Assembly: GCA_044376115.1 (NCBI GenBank)
Contig: JBILLK010000050.1
Location: forward strand, 1-34,475
Length of the DNA: 34,475 nucleotides
DNA from: Polyangiaceae bacterium
GTDB lineage: Bacteria > Myxococcota_A > Polyangia > Polyangiales > Polyangiaceae
Direction: 5' to 3'
Shown in pieces: positions 34,392-34,475 of this stretch. The position numbers and the translations under genes are program-made. Every line of letters starts with the position of its first letter. Positions within the stretch are counted from its first letter, which is position 1. The notes beneath the pieces were generated by a model that had not been told where the DNA came from, did not search any database, and saw only the letters and a list, made by a program, of their open reading frames with translations.

Positions 34392-34475
34392 GCCTCAGCC
34401 TTCTCGCCTCAGCCTTCTCGCCTCAGCCTTCTCGCCTCAGCCTTCTCGCCTCAGCCTTCTCGCCTCAGCCTTCTC
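34392..34475. repeat. (GCCTCAGCCTTCTC)x6 14-mer array, cut by the window end
   Basis: Six perfect 14-nt units; same GCCTC family as the other arrays. Confidence 0.95.

Noticed and set aside
17401..34475. CRISPR array in the tandem repeats or cassette blocks
   Set aside because: Tandem units are 7-21 nt with no unique spacers; the 36/33-nt blocks are inverted relative to each other and sit in just two cassettes 1.6 kb apart; no cas genes.
32251..34475. Complete DGR or retron
   Set aside because: Avd-like proteins and long IRs are present, but no reverse transcriptase and no TR/VR pair in a target gene are visible; sequence beyond 34475 is unseen.

Overview
High-GC bacterial window whose gene content looks myxobacterial (inference). 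It opens with the 3' end of tuf and a truncated S10 operon, rpsJ-rplD-rplW-rplB-rpsS: rplC is missing and a terminator follows rpsS. About 18 kb of accessory genes follow: a receiver-less sigma54 activator, many lipoproteins, a PLD, a metallophosphoesterase, an anti-sigma/ECF sigma/peroxiredoxin module with twin TGTAAC-N16-GGTC promoters, an AlkD-like protein and a GapN-like ALDH. A probable defence island (~20.65-32.15 kb) holds a HEPN-motif protein, a type ISP restriction-modification enzyme with an extra HEAT-repeat tail, and coupled ORFs with ART-like and papain-toxin-like motifs. The most striking unexplained structure is at the right end: two copies of a four-helix-bundle (IVP/bAvd-like) gene. 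Each start lies in a ~155-bp fold-back made of two invariant blocks, a 31-nt variable loop and an outer arm complementary to that copy's own, different, first codons, and each is followed by a GCCTC-rich short-repeat array. No database searches were run; family calls rest on motif recognition.
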